Part shown: in pieces, positions 27,088 through 36,432 of the stretch
Layout of the letters: each line of letters starts with the position of its first letter
How positions within the stretch are numbered: position 1 is the first letter of the stretch
Translations under genes and position numbers: made by a program
Notes under the pieces: model-generated
Databases searched by the model: none
The model's input: only the letters and a program-made list of their open reading frames with translations
Told to the model about the DNA's origin: nothing
NCBI GenBank assembly: GCA_037129895.1
Contig: JBAXUB010000004.1
Span: 60-64,059, forward strand
Reading direction: 5' to 3'
DNA length: 64,000 bases
Origin: Candidatus Tayloriibacteriota bacterium
GTDB lineage: Bacteria > Patescibacteriota > Minisyncoccia > Phycocordibacterales > PALSA-1337

Positions 27088-27939
27088 ATGGAGAAAGAGA
27101 AAAAATATTTAGCAATATTTGAAGGTAAACAAATTCGCCGACACTGGGATGGTGGTTCGGAGAAGTGGTATTTTTCTGTAGTTGATGTTGTTGGTGCGTT
27201 ATCAGGTAGCGAGCGCCCAAGAAAATATTGGGATGATCTAAAGCGACGTCTTTTTGATGAAGGAAGTGAAGTGTCCGCAAAAATCGGACAGTTGAAAATG
27301 GTGGCCGAGGATGGTAAATTGCGTGACACTGACTGTGCTGAAACCGAGGTGATGCTCCGTATTGTCCAGTCGATCCCTTCTCCAAATGCTGAACCATTCA
27401 AACTCTGGCTTGCAAAGGTTGGTTATGAACGGCTTGAGGAGACTGCAGATCCTGAACTCGCCATATTACGTGCACTAAAAACATACCTGAGTAAAGGTTA
27501 TTCATTGAATTGGATAAACCAACGCTTGAAAAGCATTGAGATACGCAAGGAACTTACAGATGAATGGGAAAAGTGTGGCGTAAAAGAAGGGTTTGAGTTT
27601 GCTATACTGACAGACGAGATATCAAAGGCTTGGACAGGGATGACAACTAGAGAGTACAAAAGCTTAAAAAATTTAAAGAAAGAAAATCTACGAGACAATA
27701 TGACAAACCTCGAATTGGTACTAAATATGTTAGCAGAGACCGCTACAACGGAGATTTCCAAGAAGGAAGCACCAAGAGGATTTGAACCGAGCAGAAAAGT
27801 TGCAAAAGATGGTGGAAGTATTGCTGGCAATGCGAGAAAACAAATCGAGCAGAAAATTGGAAAATCTATTTTGACAAGTGACAATTTCGAGACATTTAAG
27901 AATAAGTCTCTTAAGGAAAAAGGCAGTCAATCTATTTAA
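27088..27939 (+). CDS. Bro-N domain protein, DinD-like (paralog of 1675..2520)
   Basis: Motif LAIFEGKQIRRHWDGGSEKWYFSVVDVVGAL. ~65% identical to the first copy throughout. Confidence 0.55.
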   Translation: MEKEKKYLAIFEGKQIRRHWDGGSEKWYFSVVDVVGALSGSERPRKYWDDLKRRLFDEGSEVSAKIGQLKMVAEDGKLRDTDCAETEVMLRIVQSIPSPNAEPFKLWLAKVGYERLEETADPELAILRALKTYLSKGYSLNWINQRLKSIEIRKELTDEWEKCGVKEGFEFAILTDEISKAWTGMTTREYKSLKNLKKENLRDNMTNLELVLNMLAETATTEISKKEAPRGFEPSRKVAKDGGSIAGNARKQIEQKIGKSILTSDNFETFKNKSLKEKGSQSI

Positions 27940-27957
27940 ATTTGATCACAAGCCATA

Positions 27958-28542
27958 ATGTCCCTATCATTCACCAAAGAAGCTTTAAAAAAGTTCAAAA
28001 CTCAAGGGTCACTTTTTCCGAGTACATCGGCGTTGGGTAAGATGATGATAAAGCCGATCGTTATGAAACCCGGCATGATAATAGTAGAGTTTGGTGCAGG
28101 CACAGGATCGATTACCAAGGAATTGATTCCCAGGTTGCGATATGGTGCGACATTTCTCGTTTTTGAAAATAACAAAGTGTTGGCGGAAAAGTTGCGTGAT
28201 GACTTAGTACCATATATAGAAGCCACGAAATCTCATAGTAAGGTCATTTTGATAGAAGATGATGCAGCGAACTTGAGAGCACATCTCGATAGACTCGGTC
28301 TACCTTTGGCAGATTATGTTATTTCTGGATTACCTATAGGGAATTTCAAGAGACACGAACGACAGAAAATATTCGATGCTATAAATGAAGGAATGAAAGA
28401 GGATGGTATCTATGTTCAATTTCAATACCTATTGGCAAGCTTCCTGCATGTTCGTCGAGTATTCGACGCCAAGGTGATAGGCTATGAAGTTAGGAATGTA
28501 CCACCGGCATTCGTCTATGTTTGCAAGAAGAAAGCAGAGTAA
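27958..28542 (+). CDS. small class I SAM-dependent methyltransferase
   Basis: Gly-rich SAM loop IVEFGAGTGSITKEL. Acidic residue at the end of beta2. Confidence 0.5.
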   Translation: MSLSFTKEALKKFKTQGSLFPSTSALGKMMIKPIVMKPGMIIVEFGAGTGSITKELIPRLRYGATFLVFENNKVLAEKLRDDLVPYIEATKSHSKVILIEDDAANLRAHLDRLGLPLADYVISGLPIGNFKRHERQKIFDAINEGMKEDGIYVQFQYLLASFLHVRRVFDAKVIGYEVRNVPPAFVYVCKKKAE

Positions 28543-28618
28543 CCTAGGTACATTGTTACTGAACATTCGCTAGATTTGAATATTTTGAGAAAGGTCTAGT
28601 TTGGTGTAAAATTAGCCC

Positions 28619-29614
28619 ATGAATACAAATACATATATGAGTCCCAAGGACTTTTTTCTGCACCTGGGTGCAACCGTAGCCTTGTATGCAAGTGCTATCG
28701 CTATTATCAATCTGGCATTTGAGATAATGAATAGACTGCTGCCAGACACACTCTCCAATTATTGGAGTTCTAGTTCTATAGCATGGCCGATATCTATGCT
28801 AGTTGTCCTCGTCCCTATTCTATATACATTGGAAAACCTCATCAACCGAGATATCAGGAAGATTGCCGAGAAAAAAGATATCTGGATCAGGAGATGGAGG
28901 ATATATCTCACATTGTTTCTGTCAGGCGTCACTATCGCCGTTGATGTGATAACTCTGATCAATACATATTTAAATGGTGAGATATCGAGTAGGTTCATCT
29001 GGAAAGTTATCATCATTCTCATAATTTCTGCCGTCATATTTGCTTATTATATTTTGGCAAAAAATGTAGCCGGTGATCCGAGTGTTGAGTCGATAACAGG
29101 TGTAAAATCAAAAAAGCTTTGGCAGAGAATACTGGCAATAGTTGGAATAGTCGTTACTTTATCTGCGATCATCGCTGGCTTCATGATCGTCGGGTCTCCG
29201 AATACTCAAAGATCACTCCGTTTTGACAGTCAGAGAGTCAATGACCTCTCGAATATCCAGTGGCAGATCGTTACATATTGGCAGAGAGCAGGTAATATGC
29301 CAGATAGTCTATATGATCTCCGTGATCCGATCTCAAGTCTACAAATACCTCTAGATCCAGAGACAGGAAAACAATATGAATATGTTTCTATGAACAAGGA
29401 CCCATTGTCATTCGGCTTGTGTGCGACTTTCGATCTCGCTAGCAATTTCAAGAATAATGCTGTAAGCTCTCAAACTCAGCCGATAAAAGCTATGAATAAT
29501 GATGGGCTAGATTATGGCTGGGAACATCCAGCGGGATACTATTGTTTCGAAAAGAAGATCGATCCGAAACTTTACCCACGATCTGGTACAGTAGAAAAGC
29601 TATTTAATATTTAA
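28619..29614 (+). CDS. hypothetical integral membrane protein
   Basis: Several TM helices in the N-terminal half, soluble C-terminal domain. Confidence 0.4.
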   Translation: MNTNTYMSPKDFFLHLGATVALYASAIAIINLAFEIMNRLLPDTLSNYWSSSSIAWPISMLVVLVPILYTLENLINRDIRKIAEKKDIWIRRWRIYLTLFLSGVTIAVDVITLINTYLNGEISSRFIWKVIIILIISAVIFAYYILAKNVAGDPSVESITGVKSKKLWQRILAIVGIVVTLSAIIAGFMIVGSPNTQRSLRFDSQRVNDLSNIQWQIVTYWQRAGNMPDSLYDLRDPISSLQIPLDPETGKQYEYVSMNKDPLSFGLCATFDLASNFKNNAVSSQTQPIKAMNNDGLDYGWEHPAGYYCFEKKIDPKLYPRSGTVEKLFNI

Positions 29615-29633
29615 TATTCTTTTTATTATATTT

Positions 29634-31049
29634 ATGAATTTAGGCAAAAAAACCAAGATTGTCTGTACCATAGGACCAGCTACCAAATCAGCAGAGAAGC
29701 TCGAACAACTCATGAACGCAGGGATGAATGTGATGCGTCTCAACTTTTCTCACGGTGATTTTCCAGACCACCAAGATCGAGTAGATACTATGAGGAAAAT
29801 AATGCAGGATACAGGTAAGACTGTTGCAATACTCCAAGACCTTTCTGGACCAAAGATCCGTATCGGTAAATTCAAGGACGGCAAGATCACATTGAAGAAA
29901 GATCAGACTTTTACACTGACGACAGATGATTGTATAGGTGATGAGACAAGGGTATTCATCAATTATCCAAATCTACCAAAAGAGGTCAAAGTCGGCGGTA
30001 CGATCATGCTCCAAGATGGGACGAAGAGGTTGGAGATCATAGAAATAAAAGGAAATGACATCATTACTACAGTGAAAGTTGGAGGCACTCTAGGAGATCA
30101 TCGTGGCGTGAATGTTCCAGGAGCTAGTCTCTCGATCAGTTCTCTCACGGAGAAAGATCGTGCTGATCTAGAATTTGGTATAAAGAACAAAGTTGATTAT
30201 GTAGCTCTCTCGTTCGTACGCCGAGCTGATGATATCAAGGAGCTCCGTGCATTGCTCGAGAAGTCAGGATCTCACGCTCACATCATCGCCAAGATAGAAA
30301 CTCCGGAGGCTCTGCATAATATAGACGATATATTGGACGCTTCTGATGGTATCATGGTTGCTCGCGGTGATCTCGCTATCGAGATTCCCGCTGAAGAAGT
30401 TCCGTTGGTGCAGAAGATGATCATCCATAAATGTAACTCTGTAGGTAAGCCAGTTATCACCGCTACTCAGATGTTGGAGTCAATGCTCGAAAGTCCTGTA
30501 CCTACTCGTGCAGAAGTTTCTGATATAGCGAATGCTATCATCGACGGTACTGATGCGATCATGCTTTCAGAGGAAACTACTCTAGGAAAATTCCCAATAG
30601 AAGCGGTAGAGATAATGACTCGTGTAGCGACTAGGGTTGAGAAGGAAGTATATACTCGGGATACTATAGCCGAGTATGATGAATCACACGGCGTGACTGA
30701 CGTTGTATCGCAGTCTGCAGTTCGTATGGCTCATGCGGTCAATGCCAAGCTGATAGTGGCCCTAACACGTTCTGGCCGTACTGCTAGGATGATCGCACGT
30801 TATAGGCCAGCTGAGGCTATCCTGGCTCTTTCTGATGCCAAAGAGAATGCCAATAAGCTCATGCTCACCTTCGGCTGTTTCCCTATGGTCGCGCCAACAT
30901 TCAATTCCGCTGATGAGATCATGGATATCGTCCGTAAGATGACATTGGATAATAAACTAGTGAAAAAAGGGGATAAAGTCATCATTGTTGCTGGTATGCC
31001 TATGGGAGTTTCTAGGGAGACTAACTTTATTGTGGTGGAGACGTTATAG
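29634..31049 (+). CDS. pyk: pyruvate kinase
   Basis: KIVCTIGPA, MNVMRLNFSHG and MVARGDLAIEIP motifs. Confidence 0.9.
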   Translation: MNLGKKTKIVCTIGPATKSAEKLEQLMNAGMNVMRLNFSHGDFPDHQDRVDTMRKIMQDTGKTVAILQDLSGPKIRIGKFKDGKITLKKDQTFTLTTDDCIGDETRVFINYPNLPKEVKVGGTIMLQDGTKRLEIIEIKGNDIITTVKVGGTLGDHRGVNVPGASLSISSLTEKDRADLEFGIKNKVDYVALSFVRRADDIKELRALLEKSGSHAHIIAKIETPEALHNIDDILDASDGIMVARGDLAIEIPAEEVPLVQKMIIHKCNSVGKPVITATQMLESMLESPVPTRAEVSDIANAIIDGTDAIMLSEETTLGKFPIEAVEIMTRVATRVEKEVYTRDTIAEYDESHGVTDVVSQSAVRMAHAVNAKLIVALTRSGRTARMIARYRPAEAILALSDAKENANKLMLTFGCFPMVAPTFNSADEIMDIVRKMTLDNKLVKKGDKVIIVAGMPMGVSRETNFIVVETL

Positions 31050-31174
31050 GAATCAAACGGTTGACAAACGGTTCTGAAGGAGTATTATTACAGCATACCT
31101 TCTGTTGCTTCGGTGGCAGAACGCGAAATCGCAACCCTGTGTTGCGATTTCTGCATAAGGGAATATACATTGTA

Positions 31175-31825
31175 ATGAAGTTATATATTTATATAGATGG
31201 TTTTAATTTATATTACGGATGTCTCAAAGACAGTCCTTTCCTTTGGTTGGATGTAAATAAAATGTCTCAACTACTGTTTCCTAATGATGTAATAGTTAGA
31301 GTTAAATACTTTACTGCTCCAATAAAGGTGAGAAAAGATGATGATCCAGATAAGCCCAGCCGTCAACAGATATACCTTCGAGCACTTCGGACTATTACGA
31401 ATCTGGAGATTATTGAGGGTACTTTTTTGAGTCATAAAGTTTCCATGAAGTTGGCCAACAAAGATGGTTATGCTCTGGTTATTAAAAGTGAGGAAAAGGG
31501 CACTGATGTTAATATTGCGTCACATCTGATCAATGATGCACATAATAGACGCTTCGAAAAAGCAGTAGTTGTATCGAATGATTCCGACCTCGTGACACCA
31601 GTACGTATGGTTACTAAAGATTTGAACTTACTAGTTACGGTAATTAGTCCTTTTGATAAGAATAATATTCAACTGCAGGCTGTGGCTACTAGTGTTAAGC
31701 AGATACGCAAAGGCCTTCTTCGTGTAAGTCAATTTAGTGAAAAGCTAGTCGATTCAACAGGTGAATTTTCAATACCCGAAAGCTGGAAGGATGCAGGTCT
31801 GACGTCAGTATCTGGAGCTAATTAG
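31175..31825 (+). CDS. NYN/LabA-like PIN-fold domain protein
   Basis: MKLYIYIDGFNLYYG N-terminus, SNDSDL acidic motif. Start at the internal Met (ORF opens at 31061). Confidence 0.55.
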   Translation: MKLYIYIDGFNLYYGCLKDSPFLWLDVNKMSQLLFPNDVIVRVKYFTAPIKVRKDDDPDKPSRQQIYLRALRTITNLEIIEGTFLSHKVSMKLANKDGYALVIKSEEKGTDVNIASHLINDAHNRRFEKAVVVSNDSDLVTPVRMVTKDLNLLVTVISPFDKNNIQLQAVATSVKQIRKGLLRVSQFSEKLVDSTGEFSIPESWKDAGLTSVSGAN

Positions 31826-31836
31826 CAATAGAATGT

Positions 31837-32625
31837 TTGGACGTATTCAAAAGAATTCGCAAAATTTGTATTTTGGTATATACTTCATATATGCAAAAAT
31901 CTGCATACAAAATATTGGACAATGCGATGTTCCTGGATCGCTCCTTTAGTCGTGACTATATACTCACGATTCATGATCTGCCGAGTGAAGAAAAGCCTCG
32001 CCAGAAACTCATGAGCCAAGGACCACAGTCACTCACTATGCGTGAGTTATTGGCTGTAGCCTTGAATACTGGTTCTACGAAGGAGGATGTTATCGAGATG
32101 TCCAATAGGATCATGAAAGAATATGGGGAAAAGACCATATTATCGGAAACTGATCCAGAGCATTTATCTAGTGATCTAGATATTCCTATAGGCAAGGCAT
32201 GTATTATCGTTGCTGTAGGTGAGATCGTTCGCCGCCAGACTGACAAGAGTCAAGCGGGGTTTGTGAACATCCGTAATGCTCAAGATGTATTCGATTATTT
32301 GCAAGATATGAGGAACCTGCCAAAAGAACATCTACGAGGATTGTTTCTAAACAGTCACAGTAGGATCATCAGAGATGAGGTTATATCAATAGGTACAGTC
32401 AATTCGAATATCATTCACCCACGTGAAGTTTTCCGAGCTGGAATCGAGTGTAATGCAGCAGCTGTTGTTCTCGCACACAATCATCCTTCTGGGGAGGTTA
32501 CTCCGAGTTCAGAGGATATAGAGATCACCAATCAATTGGTGCAGGCCGGGAAAATATTGGGCATCACAGTCCTCGATCACGTCATCATTACGAAGGATAA
32601 ATTCATAAGTATTATTAACAACTGA
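31837..32625 (+). CDS. radC: RadC-like JAB/MPN+ domain protein
   Basis: C-terminal HNHPSGEVTPSSEDIEIT JAMM motif. Confidence 0.75.
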   Translation: MDVFKRIRKICILVYTSYMQKSAYKILDNAMFLDRSFSRDYILTIHDLPSEEKPRQKLMSQGPQSLTMRELLAVALNTGSTKEDVIEMSNRIMKEYGEKTILSETDPEHLSSDLDIPIGKACIIVAVGEIVRRQTDKSQAGFVNIRNAQDVFDYLQDMRNLPKEHLRGLFLNSHSRIIRDEVISIGTVNSNIIHPREVFRAGIECNAAAVVLAHNHPSGEVTPSSEDIEITNQLVQAGKILGITVLDHVIITKDKFISIINN

Positions 32626-32663
32626 AAAATTGAATAGTCAAAGATAGGGATTGAATCATAATT

Positions 32664-33113
32664 TTGAGTCGATCTATTGATTATCAATTATTCATATCTA
32701 TTATGCGTGATTATCAAATAGCGTCTCCTTCACTCGAGGGTGTTTTGAACCATGATTCATTGTTGTATGAGGGTATAAAAAGACCATTGGAGATATTGAG
32801 GATCTTGGACGGACCAGCTTCAAAAGGTAGGGAATCAGATGCAAAGGGCAAAAAGACCGCGGTCTCAGGTAGTGGAAAATCAACGGAGCTAGTTGTAAGC
32901 CAGGTACCAAAAATGAAAATTGGTAGTAACTCCGAGTTAACAGAATCAGAATTCAAGATTTTACAAGAATATTTCTACGATCTATATGGCGTCTTCATGA
33001 AGAAGTTGTCATATTTCTTGGTTGAATCTAGCTTTGAAAGTGACGATAGTGTCAAACTTCAGGCCATGTTGCAGGAGATGATAAAGGTCAGGAGGTGGGT
33101 GATAGGGAAGTAG
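32664..33113 (+). CDS. hypothetical protein
   Basis: ORF only. Confidence 0.3.
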   Translation: MSRSIDYQLFISIMRDYQIASPSLEGVLNHDSLLYEGIKRPLEILRILDGPASKGRESDAKGKKTAVSGSGKSTELVVSQVPKMKIGSNSELTESEFKILQEYFYDLYGVFMKKLSYFLVESSFESDDSVKLQAMLQEMIKVRRWVIGK

Positions 33114-33120
33114 TATTCTG

Positions 33121-33438
33121 ATGGAAATTGTTTATTGGAGTGAAAAAGTGAGAAACTTTAAAAATAATTTTGACCGAATTACCACGTCTCGTGTTATCAG
33201 AACTGTAAATTTACTGGAGGAGCATGGGCCATTGTTAGATATGCCTGATTCAAAAAGTCTCGGTAAAGGACTATTTGAATTACGTATACAAGGTAAGATC
33301 AGGATAAGGCTTCTGTATATTTATCATAATAATAGAGCATATATTATTCATGGTTTTGTAAAGAAAACATGGAAAATACCTATTCAGGATATTCGTTATG
33401 CTAGAAAGATCCAAGACATAATTATTGGAATTGATTAA
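33121..33438 (+). CDS. type II toxin, RelE/ParE superfamily (HigB/Gp49-like)
   Basis: ~100 aa with LFELRI...IRLLY pattern. Immediately upstream of an HTH gene (toxin-first order). Confidence 0.55.
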   Translation: MEIVYWSEKVRNFKNNFDRITTSRVIRTVNLLEEHGPLLDMPDSKSLGKGLFELRIQGKIRIRLLYIYHNNRAYIIHGFVKKTWKIPIQDIRYARKIQDIIIGID

Positions 33439-33467
33439 TATAACATATATGTTATATTGGTAATATT

Positions 33468-33734
33468 ATGAAAACACACAAACAAGATGTCAAAGAGTTC
33501 TTAAAAGACCCTGAAAATATAAGGGCATATGAAAGTCTAGATGTTGAGTTTATGATATATAGCGCCTTAGTAAGGGAACGTATCCAGAAGAAACTTACTC
33601 AAAAGCAGTTAGCTGACAGAATTGGAATTGCACAATCTGCACTCGCGAGATTTGAATCAGGTCGTACGAATCCGACCCTCTCATTTCTTCAGAAAATTAC
33701 TTCTGGTCTGGGATTAAGAATAACAATAGTCTGA
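33468..33734 (+). CDS. XRE-family HTH antitoxin (HigA-like)
   Basis: LTQKQLADRIGIAQSALARFESG helix-turn-helix. Confidence 0.6.
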   Translation: MKTHKQDVKEFLKDPENIRAYESLDVEFMIYSALVRERIQKKLTQKQLADRIGIAQSALARFESGRTNPTLSFLQKITSGLGLRITIV

Positions 33735-33782
33735 GGAATTCTCTTTGCAGGGATTGGTTTTTCGCTGTAAACTGTAGTTATC

Positions 33783-35102
33783 ATGGCTTCTAGAGAATAT
33801 TTCAATGGTAAGAGGGTGGCCGTTATCGGTCTTGGCCCCTTTGGTGAAATGGTTGAAGATGTAAAGTATCTCATCAAGGCTGGCGCCTTGGTCGCGATAT
33901 ACGATCTCCGTAGTGAGGCGAGACTGAAGAGTTACCTGGTATTCTTGCGTTCTATAGGGTTAGCGAACTATGTTTGTGGATCTATTCCAGTAGATGATTT
34001 ACTCGATATGGATATCGTCATCTTATCTCATGAATATCCGAGGAATTCATCTTTCTTGGCTGGTGTAAAATCAAAAAAAATTCCGATCGAATATCCGGAG
34101 ACTATCTTTTTCAGGCAAGCTCCACCGGTCAATGTTGTTGGAGTTATGGGAATGTGTGGTAAATCTACAGTAGTCTCGATGTTGGCTCCTATGCTGGAAC
34201 ATGCTTGTGCTCTATTCGGTGATCAAAAGCTGTTCTGTATCGACCCAGAGTCTGGTGAAGGAGTGATATCTCATCTAAAGAAGATAAAAAGTGGTGACAT
34301 CGTACTGATGCGAGTGACTGAGGATATGGCTGTTGAACTGCATGCTATGCGTATGAGTCCGCATGTGGCGATATTCACAACTCTGCCAAACAAGGGAACG
34401 TACTCTGATGCGGCTTTCGAACTACTCGAATATCAGACGTATAACAATTTTATCGTTAGTAATGATGCTGTCATAGATCTCATCCATGCTCTCAAGATAC
34501 AGCCAAAAGCCAAAATGCTCCGAACAAAGTCCAATGTCGTTCCTGAATCATGGGGATTTGAAGGTAGGGGCTCGCATGATAAGGACAATGCGTCTCTAGC
34601 TCTGCAAGCAGCTCGTTTGTTCAAAGTTGAAGATGATGATGCACAGAGGTTCCTATCCTTATGGAAACCTCTAAAAGGTCGCATCGAATTTGTAAAGAAA
34701 GTAAAGAATGTGGAGTTCTATAATGATACAGCTTCTGTTGTGTCGTGTTCCACGGAGATCGCTCTGGAATCGTTATCAAAAAACAGAAATATTGTATTGG
34801 TCTTGGGTGGTGCTGAAAGCGCATGTGATTATACGCATCTATTTTCAATATTGCCACAGTTTGTCCATTCAATAATCCTCGTTCCTGGTAGTGGAACGAT
34901 GAAAGAGAGGGCATACTTGCGTGATTTGAAAGACGTCAATATCGTCTCTGCACCTTCTATCGAAGAAGCGGCGACTCTAGCTTTGGAAAATTCAAAGAAA
35001 GGTGACAAGGTCCTCTTTAGTCCAGGTTTTGAAGCCTATGGTATCGATGGGTCCAGAAGAGAGAGAGGTGAGAGATTCGTCAAGGCTGTCCGAGGGTTGT
35101 AG
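33783..35102 (+). CDS. murD: UDP-N-acetylmuramoylalanine--D-glutamate ligase
   Basis: N-terminal KRVAVIGLGPFG Rossmann, central Mur ligase domain, C-terminal LFSPGFEAYG...ERGERF. Confidence 0.75.
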   Translation: MASREYFNGKRVAVIGLGPFGEMVEDVKYLIKAGALVAIYDLRSEARLKSYLVFLRSIGLANYVCGSIPVDDLLDMDIVILSHEYPRNSSFLAGVKSKKIPIEYPETIFFRQAPPVNVVGVMGMCGKSTVVSMLAPMLEHACALFGDQKLFCIDPESGEGVISHLKKIKSGDIVLMRVTEDMAVELHAMRMSPHVAIFTTLPNKGTYSDAAFELLEYQTYNNFIVSNDAVIDLIHALKIQPKAKMLRTKSNVVPESWGFEGRGSHDKDNASLALQAARLFKVEDDDAQRFLSLWKPLKGRIEFVKKVKNVEFYNDTASVVSCSTEIALESLSKNRNIVLVLGGAESACDYTHLFSILPQFVHSIILVPGSGTMKERAYLRDLKDVNIVSAPSIEEAATLALENSKKGDKVLFSPGFEAYGIDGSRRERGERFVKAVRGL

Positions 35103-35121
35103 GTTAGGTATTTTGCTATCT

Positions 35122-35242
35122 ACTGTACGTGCTGGAAATGGAATATAGGGGCACGGATATTTTTCTGCTGAAAAATTCCTCGTGCTCGCGCCAGTCGCGC
35201 TCGCAAGTCCCCTATATTCCATTTTCAGCACGTACAGTTCTC
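35122..35242 (+). repeat. structured repeat family copy A: 65-nt core embedded in a 30-bp near-perfect inverted repeat
   Basis: Arms actgtacgtgctggaaatggaatatagggg / cccctatattccattttcagcacgtacagt. Core identical (1 nt) to copy B. Confidence 0.75.
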
Positions 35243-35254
35243 AGAGATAAACAC

Positions 35255-36118
35255 TCAATCTCCGCAGATAATACAAACAACTTCGCCACCAATTTCCCAA
35301 CCTCTGTAGATAGATTGCATGGCGCCAACAACTGATAGGGCACTATTCGTGGAAATGTCTAGCCCTGTATTATCTTTGACCAGATCTATGGCAGTCTCGA
35401 TTTCTTCGTTCGTGGCAACCCAAGCGTTGCCGCCAGTTTTCTCGATCATTGGTACTAGTGTATTTTTGCGCATGGCAGTGCGATCAACTATTGCGTCAGC
35501 TATAGAATCGTCATTTTCACCATCATAAGTTTCAATACCATCAGCGATAGGGTGACAACTAGATGTCTGAACGATATGGACCTGAATAGGTAGTCTATTT
35601 GCTATGAAATATGAGGCCAAAGCTTGAGCCGTTGTGCCTGATGATGTGCCTATAAATATAGCCCCAACACCCTCTATTTGGCTCAATTCTCGCGCTAGAG
35701 ACTCGTAACCTACGAGTGCTTCATCATCCGTTGATTGGCGTAGACTAGTGGCTCCTTCTTGGGCTGCCAGTGTTGCTGCTTGCAGGGGTCTTTCCTTGAT
35801 CAAGACACGGATGTTGTCATTTTCAAAGGCTTTGAGTTTGTCGAGTTTATGCGGTGCTATGTGATTACCTACGAATATATCCAGATTGTATGACGGATCG
35901 TTCAGAAATTTGATATGCATGGCCGCAGCTAGTGCTGCATTACCAGAAGAAGATATGACAAATTCCTTTGCACCAGTACTCATATAGTGATCGATCATTA
36001 CAGGAATAGAACGGCCTTTATGAGATCCGTATGGATGTAAGTCCTCACGCTTGAGAGATAGGCTGGTTAGGCCTATTACTTTTGCGAGTTCGGGGTATTT
36101 CTCTATTGGTGTTATCAT
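35255..36118 (-). CDS. PLP-dependent enzyme, tryptophan-synthase-beta superfamily (cysteine synthase/threonine synthase-like)
   Basis: LHPYGSHKGRS matches the NPxGSxKDR PLP-lysine motif. Confidence 0.5.
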   Translation of the reverse strand: MITPIEKYPELAKVIGLTSLSLKREDLHPYGSHKGRSIPVMIDHYMSTGAKEFVISSSGNAALAAAMHIKFLNDPSYNLDIFVGNHIAPHKLDKLKAFENDNIRVLIKERPLQAATLAAQEGATSLRQSTDDEALVGYESLARELSQIEGVGAIFIGTSSGTTAQALASYFIANRLPIQVHIVQTSSCHPIADGIETYDGENDDSIADAIVDRTAMRKNTLVPMIEKTGGNAWVATNEEIETAIDLVKDNTGLDISTNSALSVVGAMQSIYRGWEIGGEVVCIICGD

Positions 36119-36189
36119 ATTGGTTACCTTGTAATCCTACACTTTTTCCATTATTATTGGAAGAACGCTCGATCGGGCGAATATCAATA

Positions 36190-36387
36190 ATGTTTCAACA
36201 AAATTTTAAAGCCATGAATACTCTACTCATTTGTCCAGAATGTAAAAATTCAGTAGACCTCGCTCGTTATCCGAACGTTGCACCGGGTATGGTTATTGAG
36301 TGCAATCATTGTGGTATGACTTTGCTTGTAAAAGAGATCGAATCTACTGGTAATGTCAAAACTGATATTGTTGATGAAGGTAAATAG
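36190..36387 (+). CDS. small zinc-ribbon protein (LysW-like amino-group carrier?)
   Basis: CPEC...CNHC four-Cys ribbon with an acidic C-terminal tail ending ...DEGK. Start ambiguous (36190 or 36214). Confidence 0.35.
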   Translation: MFQQNFKAMNTLLICPECKNSVDLARYPNVAPGMVIECNHCGMTLLVKEIESTGNVKTDIVDEGK

Positions 36388-36432
36388 AAGTTGGATCAGT
36401 TTCGTCAACTTTCTATTAATATTCTGATTATA

